The notes: generated from the sequence alone by a model not told the origin. 64,000 nucleotides of DNA from an uncultured delta proteobacterium (GCA_963713755.1 CAVQMW010000002.1:15637-79636); one strand, 5' to 3'. Counted from the first letter of the stretch, positions 43,402 to 55,254 are shown. Numbers and translations: made by a program.

Positions 43402-43911
43402 TTATATTTTTCGGCCCTGGGGTATATCTTTAAAGCGGTCATCGGATCGGTGCCGGGCCGCCTGGCCGCCTTTATGGGTCAGCCAGCCGGTGCGGATATC
43501 GCGGGCGCCGTCCAGTTGGGGGGCATAGGGTTTGATGTCCAGCAGCGGGGTGCCGTCGAGTACATCCACATTGGCGATGATCAGCTCCGGTGGTTGGACC
43601 GCTATCAGCTCCACCACGGAAATTCCGATGGGGTTGGGCCTCCGGGGGGCGCGGGTGGCGAAAAGCCCCCGCTCCCGGGTGTCCAGAAAGGGCACAACCT
43701 TCAGATCGAAGCCCCGGGAACGGTGAAAGGCATAGATCAGAATAATATGGGAAAAGCCCTCCAGGTCGGCCAGCCCGTCGCTGTAGCAGGGCGCAAGGCA
43801 GACCTTCCCGCGCACACCCTGGGCGCCGGCGGGCTGAATGGGCATCTGGCGGATCTCCTCAAAGGGGGAGTGGATGGTGCCGATGGCGTGAAAGGTGTAC
43901 TCAGCGGGCAT
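43402..43911 (-). CDS. trmO: tRNA (t6A37) methyltransferase TrmO (TsaA/YaeB family)
   Basis: Reads IGTIHSPF, LADLEGFSHIILIY, GLFATRAPRRPNPIG and DGTPLLDIKPY. Confidence 0.85.
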   Translation of the reverse strand: MPAEYTFHAIGTIHSPFEEIRQMPIQPAGAQGVRGKVCLAPCYSDGLADLEGFSHIILIYAFHRSRGFDLKVVPFLDTRERGLFATRAPRRPNPIGISVVELIAVQPPELIIANVDVLDGTPLLDIKPYAPQLDGARDIRTGWLTHKGGQAARHRSDDRFKDIPQGRKI

Positions 43912-44070
43912 GGCCTAGTGGTCCTGTTCGTAAAAATGGTGAGCTAATGAGGACGTTTAGCTGACAAGGCGCGAAAAATAAGGAATATCGGGAATATTGC
44001 GAGTTTTCGCAACGCCGTCATCCCAGATGGATTGGCGGCCGAATTTCATCGTATTTGCGGATAGGAGCAC

Positions 44071-45204
44071 TTAGCTCTCCGATGGGGCGGAAGTAGGTTC
44101 AGCGGGCGGACGGGCCTCAACTGCTTCCTGGCGTATGGTGATGTCCCGCTTGGGATAGGGGATTTCGATGCCTTCCTGGTGAAAGCGCTCTTTGACCTGA
44201 TCGGTGATCCGGGAGATGGTATCCATGCGTTTGCGGGCCTCATCGATCCAAATCCGCAATTGCAGTTCCACGGCGCTCTCACCGAAATTGCGCACCACCA
44301 CCTTGGGCTCCGCTGTCCGGGAGGCCCAGGGGATAGCCCGCGCCACATCGAGAATGATCGTCTTGGCTTTCTGAATATCGTTGTTGTAGCCGATTCCGAA
44401 ATTGACCCGCACCCGGATGCGGTTGTTGTCGGTGGTATAATTGATGATATCCCGTTTCATGATCTCGTTATTGGGGATGATGATCACGATGTTGTCCGTG
44501 GTTTTGATCTTGGTGGCCCGGATACCGATGTCCACCACATCCCCCCAGGTGGCGCTGTTGATGGGTGCGCTCCAGACCTCGATGCGGTCGCCCACCTCAA
44601 AGGGGCGGTCGATAATCAGCAGCACCCCGGCAATCAGGTTGGAGAGGGTGTCCTTGGCCGCAAACCCGATGGCCACCCCGGCCACCCCGGCGCCGGCCAC
44701 AAAGGGCATCACGTTGATGCCCAGAATATCCAGGGCGATTATAATGGCGGTGACATAGATGATCACTCCGGCAAAGCGGTTGAGCAGATCAAAGAGGATG
44801 TCATCGATATCCGTGGCCGTGCGTGCGGCGATATTTTTTTCAAGATAGCGCAGGGCGATGATGACAAAATCATTGACCGGCCAGGCGCAGATCACCACCA
44901 GCACGGCGTAGTAAATCTGGCGCAGCAAGGGCAGATCCCAGCGGCGCAGCAGGGCGATTCCGCCGATGAGCAGCAGCACCAGCACCAAGCTTTTGCGAGC
45001 CAGCCGAAAAACCGATCTGTTCTCGCGGATAAAGGTGTAGCGCTCTCCCCGGCGCTCAAAGGCTACCAGGATGTGCCGCAGAATCAGCCAAACCAGGGTT
45101 AGGGCCAGCCCCAGCCCCAGAGCCTCGGCGGCGGCCTGCCAGTAAGGGCCATCGGTTTGGATGAGTGTCGTCAGTTTAGCGGTCCATTGGGAGCTTGGGT
45201 CCAT
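44071..45204 (-). CDS. mechanosensitive ion channel (MscS family)
   Basis: Has multiple N-terminal TM helices and the pore-proximal blocks LSNLIAGVLLIIDRPFEVGDRIEV and GDVVDIGIRATKI. Confidence 0.85.
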   Translation of the reverse strand: MDPSSQWTAKLTTLIQTDGPYWQAAAEALGLGLALTLVWLILRHILVAFERRGERYTFIRENRSVFRLARKSLVLVLLLIGGIALLRRWDLPLLRQIYYAVLVVICAWPVNDFVIIALRYLEKNIAARTATDIDDILFDLLNRFAGVIIYVTAIIIALDILGINVMPFVAGAGVAGVAIGFAAKDTLSNLIAGVLLIIDRPFEVGDRIEVWSAPINSATWGDVVDIGIRATKIKTTDNIVIIIPNNEIMKRDIINYTTDNNRIRVRVNFGIGYNNDIQKAKTIILDVARAIPWASRTAEPKVVVRNFGESAVELQLRIWIDEARKRMDTISRITDQVKERFHQEGIEIPYPKRDITIRQEAVEARPPAEPTSAPSES

Positions 45205-45267
45205 GGTTCAGCCCGCGGGGGATTCGCAATAATAAAATTTATTGGCGGATAATAGGTGCTTAGGTTT

Positions 45268-45312
45268 CACAATAACAAAAGGCGGCTGCATTTTCCATCC
45301 AATGCGGCCGCC
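45268..45312 (-). terminator. intrinsic terminator of the sdh/frd CAB operon
   Basis: The minus-strand RNA reads GGCGGCCGCA-(12-nt loop)-UGCAGCCGCC followed by UUUUGUUAUU. The stem is 10 bp with one G-U pair. It lies about 65 nt after the iron-sulfur subunit stop. Confidence 0.75.
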
Positions 45313-45375
45313 CAGTCCGGTGGGGTGCGCGGTTCAATACCCGTGCGGCGCTGGTCGGCCGCCGGAACAGCGCCC

Positions 45376-46136
45376 CTATTTGACTGCCGAAAAAAATCCG
45401 GCTTTGAAAAATTCGCGATTCAAGCGGGCGATGTTGGTGATGGAGATCTCCTTGGGGCAGGCCGCCTCGCACTCCCGTTCATTGCTGCAGTTGCCGAACC
45501 CCAGCTCATCCATTTTACGCACCATGGCGATGGCCCGACGGGCCGCTTCGGGGCGACCCTGGGGCAGCAACGCCAGGTGGGAAACCTTGGCGCTGGTAAA
45601 GAGCATGGCCGAGGCGTTGGGACAGGCCGCCACGCAGGCGCCGCAGCCGATGCACTGGGCCGCATCCATGGCCAGATCGGCATTTTCCTGGGGCACCGGG
45701 ATGGCGTTGGCGTCCTGGGCACCGCCGGTGTTGACGCTGACGTAGCCGCCGGCCTGGATGATCTGGTCCAGGGCGCCGCGATCCACGGCCAGGTCCTTGA
45801 TCACCTTGAAGGCCCGGGAGCGCCAGGGTTCCACCACTACGGTATCGCCGTTTTTAAAATGGCGCATGTGCAGCTGGCACAGGGTGGTGGCCTTTTCCGG
45901 GCCGTGGGCCTGGCCGTTGACCATGGCCCCGCACATGCCGCAAATCCCCTCCCGGCAATCGTGGTCAAAGGCGATGGGCTCCTTGCCGTCCAGGGTGAGA
46001 TTTTCGTTGATCACATCCAGCATTTCCAGGAACGACATGTCCGTGGAGATGTTGCGGGCATGGTAGGTTTCCAAGCGGCCCTTTTTTGCCCTGCCCTGCT
46101 GCCGCCAAACTTTCAGCGTAAGGTTGATGGTCTTGC

Positions 46137-46140
<4 letters not shown>
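45376..46140 (-). CDS. sdhB: succinate dehydrogenase/fumarate reductase iron-sulfur subunit
   Basis: Cluster motifs [22 protein letters not shown] and [12 protein letters not shown] are present. The direction of catalysis (sdh or frd) cannot be decided from sequence. Confidence 0.9.
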
Positions 46141-48056
<1,916 letters not shown>

Positions 48057-48062
48057 TCCTTT

Positions 48063-48704
48063 CTATGCCAAAAGCGAAATGTAGATGGGCAGAAAGCCGA
48101 ATCCGAATCCGAAGATCAGGGCCACCACCAGGCCGGCGCTCATCAGGAAGGGCATATATTTGGGATGGTTGGCACCCAGGGTCTGAAAGAGGCTCCAAAA
48201 TCCGTGGGTGACGTGCAGAGCCACCACGACCATGGCCGCAACGTAGATGAAGACATAGGCCGGATTGGCAAAGGCCTGGGCCACGATCTCGAAGATGGTG
48301 GTGTGGGTTTTATCCACAAAATGGAAGTTGAGCAGATGAAAGATCACGAACAGCAGAATAATCAAACCGGTATAAGGCATCAGCTGGGAGGCCAGGGTGC
48401 GGCCGCCGTGCTTTTTCTGCACGGCGTAGCGCTGGGGACGGGCGCTGAGGTTCTGGTAAAAAAGCAGCAGACCGGTAATCACATGGATCAAGGCAAAGGT
48501 CAGCAGGCCCAATTCGGCGGCGGTGACCAGGGGACCCAGGGCGTGGAGATGGTCGGCGTAGGCGTTGAAGGCGTCTTTGCCGCCGTAGATGGTGAGGTTG
48601 CCCGCCAAATGACCGCTCAAAAACCCGATAAACCCAAAGCCGGTAACGGCCATCAAGAGTTTCTTGCCGATGGACGACCCCAACGTATGCGTCAGCCAGT
48701 TCAT
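48063..48704 (-). CDS. sdhC: succinate dehydrogenase/fumarate reductase cytochrome b subunit (single 5-TM, type B)
   Basis: 213 aa with five hydrophobic helices and conserved His residues. The C-A-B gene order matches the Wolinella frdCAB and Bacillus sdhCAB types. Confidence 0.8.
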   Translation of the reverse strand: MNWLTHTLGSSIGKKLLMAVTGFGFIGFLSGHLAGNLTIYGGKDAFNAYADHLHALGPLVTAAELGLLTFALIHVITGLLLFYQNLSARPQRYAVQKKHGGRTLASQLMPYTGLIILLFVIFHLLNFHFVDKTHTTIFEIVAQAFANPAYVFIYVAAMVVVALHVTHGFWSLFQTLGANHPKYMPFLMSAGLVVALIFGFGFGFLPIYISLLA

Positions 48705-48784
48705 TTGACCTCCATTAGCTCTATTTTAGCCTTAATGGCCGGTTAAATTTAAACCAAAGGGACCGACCATAATAAAAACCGGTT

Positions 48785-49363
48785 TTAAGTGTCAACGAAT
48801 TTGTTGCGCCACCAGCGATCCCGGGGCGCCTTGAGCACCGCCTCGGCCAGGTTCCGGCCGGCATCGGTTTTGAGCCGGGCGTGAACATTGGGCAGCCAGG
48901 ACTCGGGGGTGGTGTAGCCGTTGGTTTTCAAGGCTTTGAGCTCAAGAATCAGCGATATCTGATCGGCATCCCGGGCCAGTTGAGCTTCCAGGGTTTGCCC
49001 GGCATTGAATTCAGTCAGCAGTGTTTCCAGATCCTCGGCAAAAGGCAGGTCCTCCAAGGCATCCGCCAGAGCTGCCGGTTCGTCGGCAGTGACATAAAAT
49101 TTTTGGACATAATTCAGATCGCCAATTCGGGCCTCGGCGATGTCGTGAGCCAGGCACATGATCACCAGCCGCCGGGAATCGGCTTCCGGGACCAGATCGG
49201 ATAAAATATAGCCGAGCATGGCCGTCATATAGCTGTGTTCGGCAACGCTTTCGCGGCCCATGCCCAAAAACTGATACCCGGTGCGGGGCACCTCTTTCAG
49301 CATGCGGGCTTCAAACAGAAAATCGGCGATGCGGGCCAGGGGGTCGGGGGCTTTATGGGTCAT
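48785..49363 (-). CDS. HD-domain phosphohydrolase (YfbR-like 5'-deoxynucleotidase family)
   Basis: Reads ESVAEHSYMTA and CLAHDIAEARIGDLNYV. I prefer the start at ATG 49363 (MTHKAP..) over the track's 49414. Confidence 0.75.
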   Translation of the reverse strand: MTHKAPDPLARIADFLFEARMLKEVPRTGYQFLGMGRESVAEHSYMTAMLGYILSDLVPEADSRRLVIMCLAHDIAEARIGDLNYVQKFYVTADEPAALADALEDLPFAEDLETLLTEFNAGQTLEAQLARDADQISLILELKALKTNGYTTPESWLPNVHARLKTDAGRNLAEAVLKAPRDRWWRNKFVDT

Positions 49364-49566
49364 AGAGGCCAAACTCCTTTGGAAAGCTGTCGAAGGTAAT
49401 GCCAATAACACCAAATTTATAGAATCATAAGGGAAACGAGCACGAGCGCATCGTTCAACATCAGGCGGCGTCGGATCCAGGAAAGTTTGGCCTGGACTCT
49501 TGGAGTAGATGCAGCCTGGGACGCTGCCACCGGGAAGGTTTCGTCTGCGCGGCGAAAAGGCCGGGA

Positions 49567-50934
49567 TTACGACGCGGAGGTTGCTCCACCGGCGCGGATT
49601 TCGGCAACATCAATGTTGAATTTGCGAATTTTGTAGTGGATGGATCGCCGGCTGATGCCCAGCAGTTCCGCGGCATCCTTCTGAACCCCGCCGGATTTTT
49701 TCAGGGCCCGGACAATAGTATCGCGCTCGGTCTCCTCCAGGGAAAGGTTGGCGGGGCCGCCCGCCGACTTGCAGTTGATAGGCTGGTCGGGCAGCTGCAG
49801 GTCCTCGGGTTTCAGGGTGTTGTCCCGGCAAAGGACCACCCCCGCCTCCAGGGCGTTTTTCAGCTCGCGCACATTCCCGGGCCAGGGATAGCGGCACATC
49901 CAGCGCAGAGTTTTGTCGGGCAGCTCGATGGAAGGGATCTTGTGCTGGCGCTCCAACTGGGCGATGAAACGGCAGGTGAGATTGGGGATATCTTCTTTGC
50001 GCTCCCTCAGGGGGGGCACATGGAGGGTCACCACTCGCAGGCGGTAATAAAGATCCTCCCGAAAGCGTCCGGCTTCGATATCTTCCACCAGATCGGTGTT
50101 GGTGGCCGATATGACCCGGCAGTCCACGGCTGTCTCCTTGAGCTCGCCGATGCGCCGTATCTTGCGCTCCTCGATAAAGCGCAGCAGGCGGGTTTGCATT
50201 TCAGGGGAAATGTTTCCGATTTCATCCAAAAACAGGGTGCCGCCGTGGGCGGCTTCGATGAGCCCTTTTTTGTCCTTGACCGCATGGGTAAAGGAGCCTT
50301 TGACGTGGCCGAAAAGCTCGCTCTCCAGCAGCCCGGCGGGCGTAGCGCCACAATCCACGGTGATCAGGGGTTCGCCCTGGCGGGTACTGCGATGGTGGAT
50401 CAAACGGGCGATGCGTTCCTTGCCCACGCCGCTTTCGCCCAGAATCAGCACGTTCACATCGGCCGCGGACACCTTGCGCACCATGTCGAAAAGCTCTTTC
50501 ATGGCCGTGCTTTTAACGGGGTCGAAATCGACCTCGGCGGACAGCGAGCTAGGCGGGCGGATCGGTTGGGGGCAGGCGTCGTCAAATAGGGCACATAGCT
50601 TCCCGATCAAATCTTTGCCGTCAAAAGGTTTGGCCAGAAAGTCCACCGCACCGGCCTTGACGGCCTCCACGGCATCGGGAATGGTTCCGTAGGCGGTGAG
50701 GAAGATCACCGGCAACTGGGGAAATTTTTTGCGTGCGGCCTCAAACAACTCCATACCGCCCATTTTCGGCATTTTCATGTCGGTGATCATCAGATCCACG
50801 TCATGATCATTGAGCCGGGCGAGGGCCTCCATCCCCCGTGTGGCGGTAATCACATTGAAACCGGCAGAGGAGAGCCGTGCCTCCAGCACCGTGAGGACGT
50901 TGGAGTCGTCATCCACGACTAATATGGTCTGCAT
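49567..50934 (-). CDS. sigma-54-type response regulator (REC + AAA+ + HTH) with variant GAFTGA loop
   Basis: Shows a receiver (ILVVDDD..ITDMKMPKMGG), Walker A GESGVGKE and GGTLFLDEIG. The sigma-54 contact motif reads GSFTHA instead of GAFTGA. A C-terminal Fis-type HTH is present. Confidence 0.85.
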   Translation of the reverse strand: MQTILVVDDDSNVLTVLEARLSSAGFNVITATRGMEALARLNDHDVDLMITDMKMPKMGGMELFEAARKKFPQLPVIFLTAYGTIPDAVEAVKAGAVDFLAKPFDGKDLIGKLCALFDDACPQPIRPPSSLSAEVDFDPVKSTAMKELFDMVRKVSAADVNVLILGESGVGKERIARLIHHRSTRQGEPLITVDCGATPAGLLESELFGHVKGSFTHAVKDKKGLIEAAHGGTLFLDEIGNISPEMQTRLLRFIEERKIRRIGELKETAVDCRVISATNTDLVEDIEAGRFREDLYYRLRVVTLHVPPLRERKEDIPNLTCRFIAQLERQHKIPSIELPDKTLRWMCRYPWPGNVRELKNALEAGVVLCRDNTLKPEDLQLPDQPINCKSAGGPANLSLEETERDTIVRALKKSGGVQKDAAELLGISRRSIHYKIRKFNIDVAEIRAGGATSAS

Positions 50935-51063
50935 TGCGCTATTGGCGGGTGAGGGTGAAATTGTTCTCTATCCTTTATATGCGGGTTCCGTTCTTCGGGT
51001 TTCGGCGCTCGAATGAAGCTTCAGATTGAGGGGCTAGCCCTCAGTCGGTGGCTATTGCACGGA

Positions 51064-51747
51064 TCATTGATTTGAAATCTCTTGTTTTTTCTGTTGGATG
51101 TTTTGATCGATGGCCTGCATGCTCTCGATTTGGTGACGCAGGGTTCGGATCTCTTCCTCCAGGTTTCGGCTATACTCCTTGAAATAGTTCAGCACCTTTA
51201 TCTCTTTTTCCATCAGGGCCAGCTTAGCTTCCAGCACTTCGGTTTGCCGGCGCTGGGCCTGGATCAGTTTCTGGGCTTGCGCGCCGGCCTCTTTCCCCGA
51301 AGCTAAAGGCGGCGAGATCAGCGTTGGCTCTTTTGGGGCCGCGTTGGCAAGCAGTTTGCCGAGCAACCGGGGGTCCTCGCCTTTCAGGGGCGGATTCTGG
51401 AGTTCGGCCCAACTGTCCCAAAGCTTGCGCGCCTCCGCGTATTCCTGGGGGGTTTGGGCCGCCACCAATTGGGTGCAGGCCAGTCCGTAAAGGGCGTGGC
51501 GTGCCAGGTCAGCATCCTGGGCGTGCTGGGTGGCGGCAAACAGCGCACGGGCCTTGGTATAGTGGCCTTTCTCGAACGCCGTGTGGGCGGCTGCCAGGTT
51601 GGCCTCTTCGCGGCGTATTTCCGCTGTCTTGCGGAAGGTTTGGTTGGGCGCCTCAACCAAGGGACAGCCACCAAGTAGACACAGGCCGACCAAAACTAAA
51701 AGCACCTTGGACCACGGTAGCCGCGAGGGCTGAGAGTATAATTGCAT
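51064..51747 (-). CDS. lipoprotein with TPR-like segment and C-terminal coiled coil
   Basis: Has the lipobox LLGGC, a helical repeat region (FEKGHYTKARALF..) and a heptad-rich tail. It is encoded between the kinase and regulator genes. Confidence 0.5.
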   Translation of the reverse strand: MQLYSQPSRLPWSKVLLVLVGLCLLGGCPLVEAPNQTFRKTAEIRREEANLAAAHTAFEKGHYTKARALFAATQHAQDADLARHALYGLACTQLVAAQTPQEYAEARKLWDSWAELQNPPLKGEDPRLLGKLLANAAPKEPTLISPPLASGKEAGAQAQKLIQAQRRQTEVLEAKLALMEKEIKVLNYFKEYSRNLEEEIRTLRHQIESMQAIDQNIQQKKQEISNQ

Positions 51748-51829
51748 ATTAAAAGGGTCTTTCCTCCCTTGAGGGGCAAGGGCGCTAATTCACTTCGCCC
51801 GCCGGGAGCTCATGGGTCGATTCTCAAGA

Positions 51830-53278
51830 TTAGTGGGCCTGGGGGATGGTAAATATAAAGGTGCTGCCCCGGCCTACGGCACTGTCCACCCAGATTTCTC
51901 CATCGTGGGCCTCGACAATAAATTTGCTGATGCTTAACCCCAATCCGGTGCCGTCCATGTGCTCACGGACCTCCTGGGCCCGATAATATTTATTGAAGAT
52001 CAGGGACTGCTCGGCCTGGGGAATCCCCGGACCGAAATCCTGAACCGAGAATTTGATGCGATGATGCACCGCCTCATTTTTCGCGCTGATTTGCACCGGT
52101 TTATGGGGCGGTGAAAATTTTATGGCATTGCCCAGCAGATTCATCACCACTTGCTGGAAATACTTTTCGTCTCCCATAATTTTGGGCAGCTTCGCAGGCA
52201 GGCGGCTCTCCAGTTCGATCTCCCCCATCTCGGCCGCCGGTTTCATGAGTTGGATGCATGTGTGGATGAGCGCGATGGGACAAATGGGGCGGGGGCGCAG
52301 TTTGATTTCCGCCGATTGGAGCCGGGAAACCTGCATCAGGTGATTTAAGAGTTCGGCGATCCGTCCGATCTCCGAACTGGCGATGGTCAAAAACCGCCGC
52401 TGCTGGGCGTTGGTCGGTCCCATCACTTCCTCGGCGATCATATTCACGGATTCGCGGATTGAAGTCAAGGGAGTTCTGATTTCATGGCTCAGCATGGCGA
52501 TAAAGTCCGCGCGCATCATTTCCTCCTCTTTGAGACGCTTGGACAGTTCGTTGAATGCGTGGGCCATTTGCCCGAATTCATCCCGCGTGCGAACTTTGAT
52601 CCGATCGTTGAAGCGCCCCTTGGAAATGGCGCGGATTCCGCGGGTCAACTCCCGCATGGGCCGTATCATGGAATAGCCCAGAAAAACGCTGCAGCCCAGG
52701 CCCGCCAGGAGCGAGATACTCAAACCCACGATCGCCTTTTGAACCGCCGCCTGACCGTGGCGGTTGAGTTCCACATTGGCCTGGATGACACTTAGTTCAT
52801 TGGCTGAACGCGCCTTTTGGAGCTGTGCGATCCAGCGGTTGATGACGGTTTCGGGGATCCAGAGGGTCTGGGTCTGGCGCATGGCTTCAGGATCCTCGGT
52901 TTTTAACCTGAAATCTTGATAGTCGGTATAGAGCTCTTCCCAGGCCTTGGGCAGGGGTGCGGTCTCCTCATCCAAGGCCATCATTTCCAGAAAGCTGAGT
53001 TTAAACTGGGTGTTGGCGGCTACAAAATAGTTCAGATACTCCTCGTCGTTGAGCAACAGGTATTTTTTTTCATTCTCCTCCATGCTCAGGAGGTTTTCCA
53101 GCATCTGTTTGGAGATGGAGGCGATCCGGTATTTTTGTTCCACAATGGAATCGGAGACCGCCACGATTTCCTGGACATCCCGCAGCAGCACGAAGACGGT
53201 GCCGCAGCAGATCAGGACCACCAGGGCATAGCCCGCCAACAGGCGGACGGTGATTCCCGAGCTGAGCTTAGTTTTCAT
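51830..53278 (-). CDS. sensor histidine kinase (2 TM, HAMP, HisKA, HATPase)
   Basis: Has the H-box MLSHEIRTPLTSI, the N-box LLGNAIKFS, and the G-boxes DFGPGI and GTGLGLSI. Confidence 0.85.
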   Translation of the reverse strand: MKTKLSSGITVRLLAGYALVVLICCGTVFVLLRDVQEIVAVSDSIVEQKYRIASISKQMLENLLSMEENEKKYLLLNDEEYLNYFVAANTQFKLSFLEMMALDEETAPLPKAWEELYTDYQDFRLKTEDPEAMRQTQTLWIPETVINRWIAQLQKARSANELSVIQANVELNRHGQAAVQKAIVGLSISLLAGLGCSVFLGYSMIRPMRELTRGIRAISKGRFNDRIKVRTRDEFGQMAHAFNELSKRLKEEEMMRADFIAMLSHEIRTPLTSIRESVNMIAEEVMGPTNAQQRRFLTIASSEIGRIAELLNHLMQVSRLQSAEIKLRPRPICPIALIHTCIQLMKPAAEMGEIELESRLPAKLPKIMGDEKYFQQVVMNLLGNAIKFSPPHKPVQISAKNEAVHHRIKFSVQDFGPGIPQAEQSLIFNKYYRAQEVREHMDGTGLGLSISKFIVEAHDGEIWVDSAVGRGSTFIFTIPQAH

Positions 53279-53561
53279 GGGACTTGCAAGTGGCCATGGG
53301 CATTATCGTTTTGTAGCCGTCCCGCCAGTGGTTTAATTGATGTGCCAATCAGAGGTACTGAATTACCAGATGGCTCTACCAGCGTCAATCGCTCCAAGAG
53401 GCTCTGCGGTGGACGATTCATAGAACCAACCCGGACAAGACGTGGGCGCTGTCTAGAATCAATATAGGCCTGGCGGGAACAGCCACGTTTCCCGTTTTCG
53501 ACCTACGGGGATTTACTTCCAGAGCCGCCATCGAGCTGCCTCATAGTACCTGGGGAAGATC

Positions 53562-53590
53562 TTGACACCCAATGGGCTATGGGATAGGGT
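53562..53590 (+). promoter_or_regulatory. candidate sigma-70 promoter upstream of tolQ
   Basis: Reads TTGACA (53562-53567), a 17-nt spacer, then TAGGGT (53585-53590). This would give a leader of about 310 nt before the tolQ ATG. Confidence 0.3.
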
Positions 53591-53906
53591 GCGGCTCCAT
53601 AACGTGACCCGATCACCCGAAATTGAGGTGCTGATCCATAAACCGCCCGAAATCTTAAGTCACCCATGTCTCTCAGCGGGCCTGTGTTTTACCCACATAC
53701 CCCTTGCCCTTGCGGCGGGGTAATTTATTAGGTGGCCCCTAATTCCTTGAATTTAATAGTGATACTTAAAACCTTAAACCCGAGTCCCGGGTGCGTCTCT
53801 CGGTTAGGCGCAGGTACCTAGCGGGGAGCTGTTTTGCCCGGGGGGTGGGTTTCAATGGTAATTCGGTGTCCAAGCTACTGATAATTCCTTATAAGGAGTG
53901 ATTCAT

Positions 53907-54623
53907 ATGGGAAACCAGGGAATCGATCTGTTCTATCTGGTACGCAGCTCCGGTCCCATGGTACTTTTCGTACTGCTCTTGCTGTTGCTCTTTTCCGTGA
54001 CCACCTGGACGATTATCGTGGTAAAATACCGCTACATTCGGCGGGTATTCCGGGAATCGGCCCATTTCATGGATTTTTTCTGGAAAAGTCGGGATCTCTC
54101 CGAAGCCTTTGCCCAAGCCAAACAAATGCGATTCAGTCCCATTGCACGGGTGTTCCGAATCGGCTACGTGGAGCTCAAGAAGGTGAGCCAGAGCGGGCAT
54201 GAAACCAAAACCCGGAACCGGTCCACGGGAGATGATGAGCCTGGCATGCGAATCCGTATGCACGGGTCGGAAAATATACAGCGGGCCATGCGGCGCGGGA
54301 TCAATACCGAAGTAACGCGAATGACGCGGATGGTTCCATTCCTGGCCACCACGGGCAACACCGCGCCGTTTATCGGTCTTTTTGGGACGGTGTGGGGAAT
54401 CATGAACTCCTTTCACCAGATTGGACAGATGGGGTCCGCCAGTCTGGCCACTGTGGCACCCGGAATTTCCGAGGCCCTCATCGCCACTGCTGCCGGGCTG
54501 GCGGCGGCAATTCCCGCGGTGATCGCCTTCAACCATTTTATGCAGAAAATCAAGGTCATCGAGACCGAGCTGCAAGGGTTTTCGTCCGATTTTCTCAATA
54601 TCGTCGAGCGGGACATCCTGTAA
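53907..54623 (+). CDS. tolQ: Tol-Pal system protein TolQ (MotA/TolQ/ExbB channel)
   Basis: Reads GLFGTVWGIMNSF and the APGISEALIATAAGL block. I chose ATG 53907 (AAGGAG RBS 8 nt upstream) over the track's GTG 53898. Confidence 0.9.
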   Translation: MGNQGIDLFYLVRSSGPMVLFVLLLLLLFSVTTWTIIVVKYRYIRRVFRESAHFMDFFWKSRDLSEAFAQAKQMRFSPIARVFRIGYVELKKVSQSGHETKTRNRSTGDDEPGMRIRMHGSENIQRAMRRGINTEVTRMTRMVPFLATTGNTAPFIGLFGTVWGIMNSFHQIGQMGSASLATVAPGISEALIATAAGLAAAIPAVIAFNHFMQKIKVIETELQGFSSDFLNIVERDIL

Positions 54624-54769
54624 GGTTTGCCTTCGCCCCAATGGTGAAGCCGACCTTGGGGAAACCATCTTGGCGGGCCTGGGGTGCGGCCCCAATCGGA
54701 ACTTTGCTGGTTGTTTTTCAAAGTTATTGTAAATAGTTAATATGAATGAGATCAACTTTTCAAAGGTTA

Positions 54770-54801
54770 GGGTCACCAACGTGATAGTCGTGACCCTTTT
54801 C
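54770..54801 (+). terminator. terminator-like hairpin in the tolQ-tolR spacer
   Basis: Reads GGGTCAC-(13 nt)-GTGACCC followed by TTTTC. It ends 16 nt before the tolR ATG. Its function as terminator or attenuator is unproven. Confidence 0.35.
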
Positions 54802-54816
54802 AACCGGGAGTAGCCC

Positions 54817-55254
54817 ATGGCCATTGGAAGCAACAGCGACCGGCTCATGTCGGACATTAATGTCACCCCCTTTGTGGATGTGATGCTGGTATTGTTGATC
54901 ATCTTTATGGTGACCGCGCCCATGATGATGCAGGGGGTGGATGTGGAGTTGCCCAAAACCACGTCGGAATCCCTGGAAACCGAGAAAGAGCCCCTGGTGT
55001 TGAGCATCGATAAGCATGGTCAGATTTTCATCAATGACATGCAGATGGGGATGGAGCAACTGGGCGAAAAGTTGACCCATATCGTGAAAAACCGCACAGA
55101 TGGCACGGTCTACCTGCGGGCCGACAAGGATATTCCCTACGGCACGGTGGTTGGCGTGATGGCGGCCATTAGAGGGGCCGGGGTGGAGAGCATCGGCATG
55201 GTCACCGATCCCAACGAAATCTCCCTTAAAAAGGAAGATAAAAAGAGCAGCTAA
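54817..55254 (+). CDS. tolR: Tol-Pal system protein TolR (ExbD/TolR)
   Basis: Reads DINVTPFVDVMLVLLIIFMV, with the conserved Asp in a single TM helix. Confidence 0.9.
   Translation: MAIGSNSDRLMSDINVTPFVDVMLVLLIIFMVTAPMMMQGVDVELPKTTSESLETEKEPLVLSIDKHGQIFINDMQMGMEQLGEKLTHIVKNRTDGTVYLRADKDIPYGTVVGVMAAIRGAGVESIGMVTDPNEISLKKEDKKSS

Noticed and set aside
43351-43947. 198-aa plus-strand ORF
   Set aside because: It is antisense to the clearly recognisable TrmO gene and has low-complexity G/A/V-rich composition.
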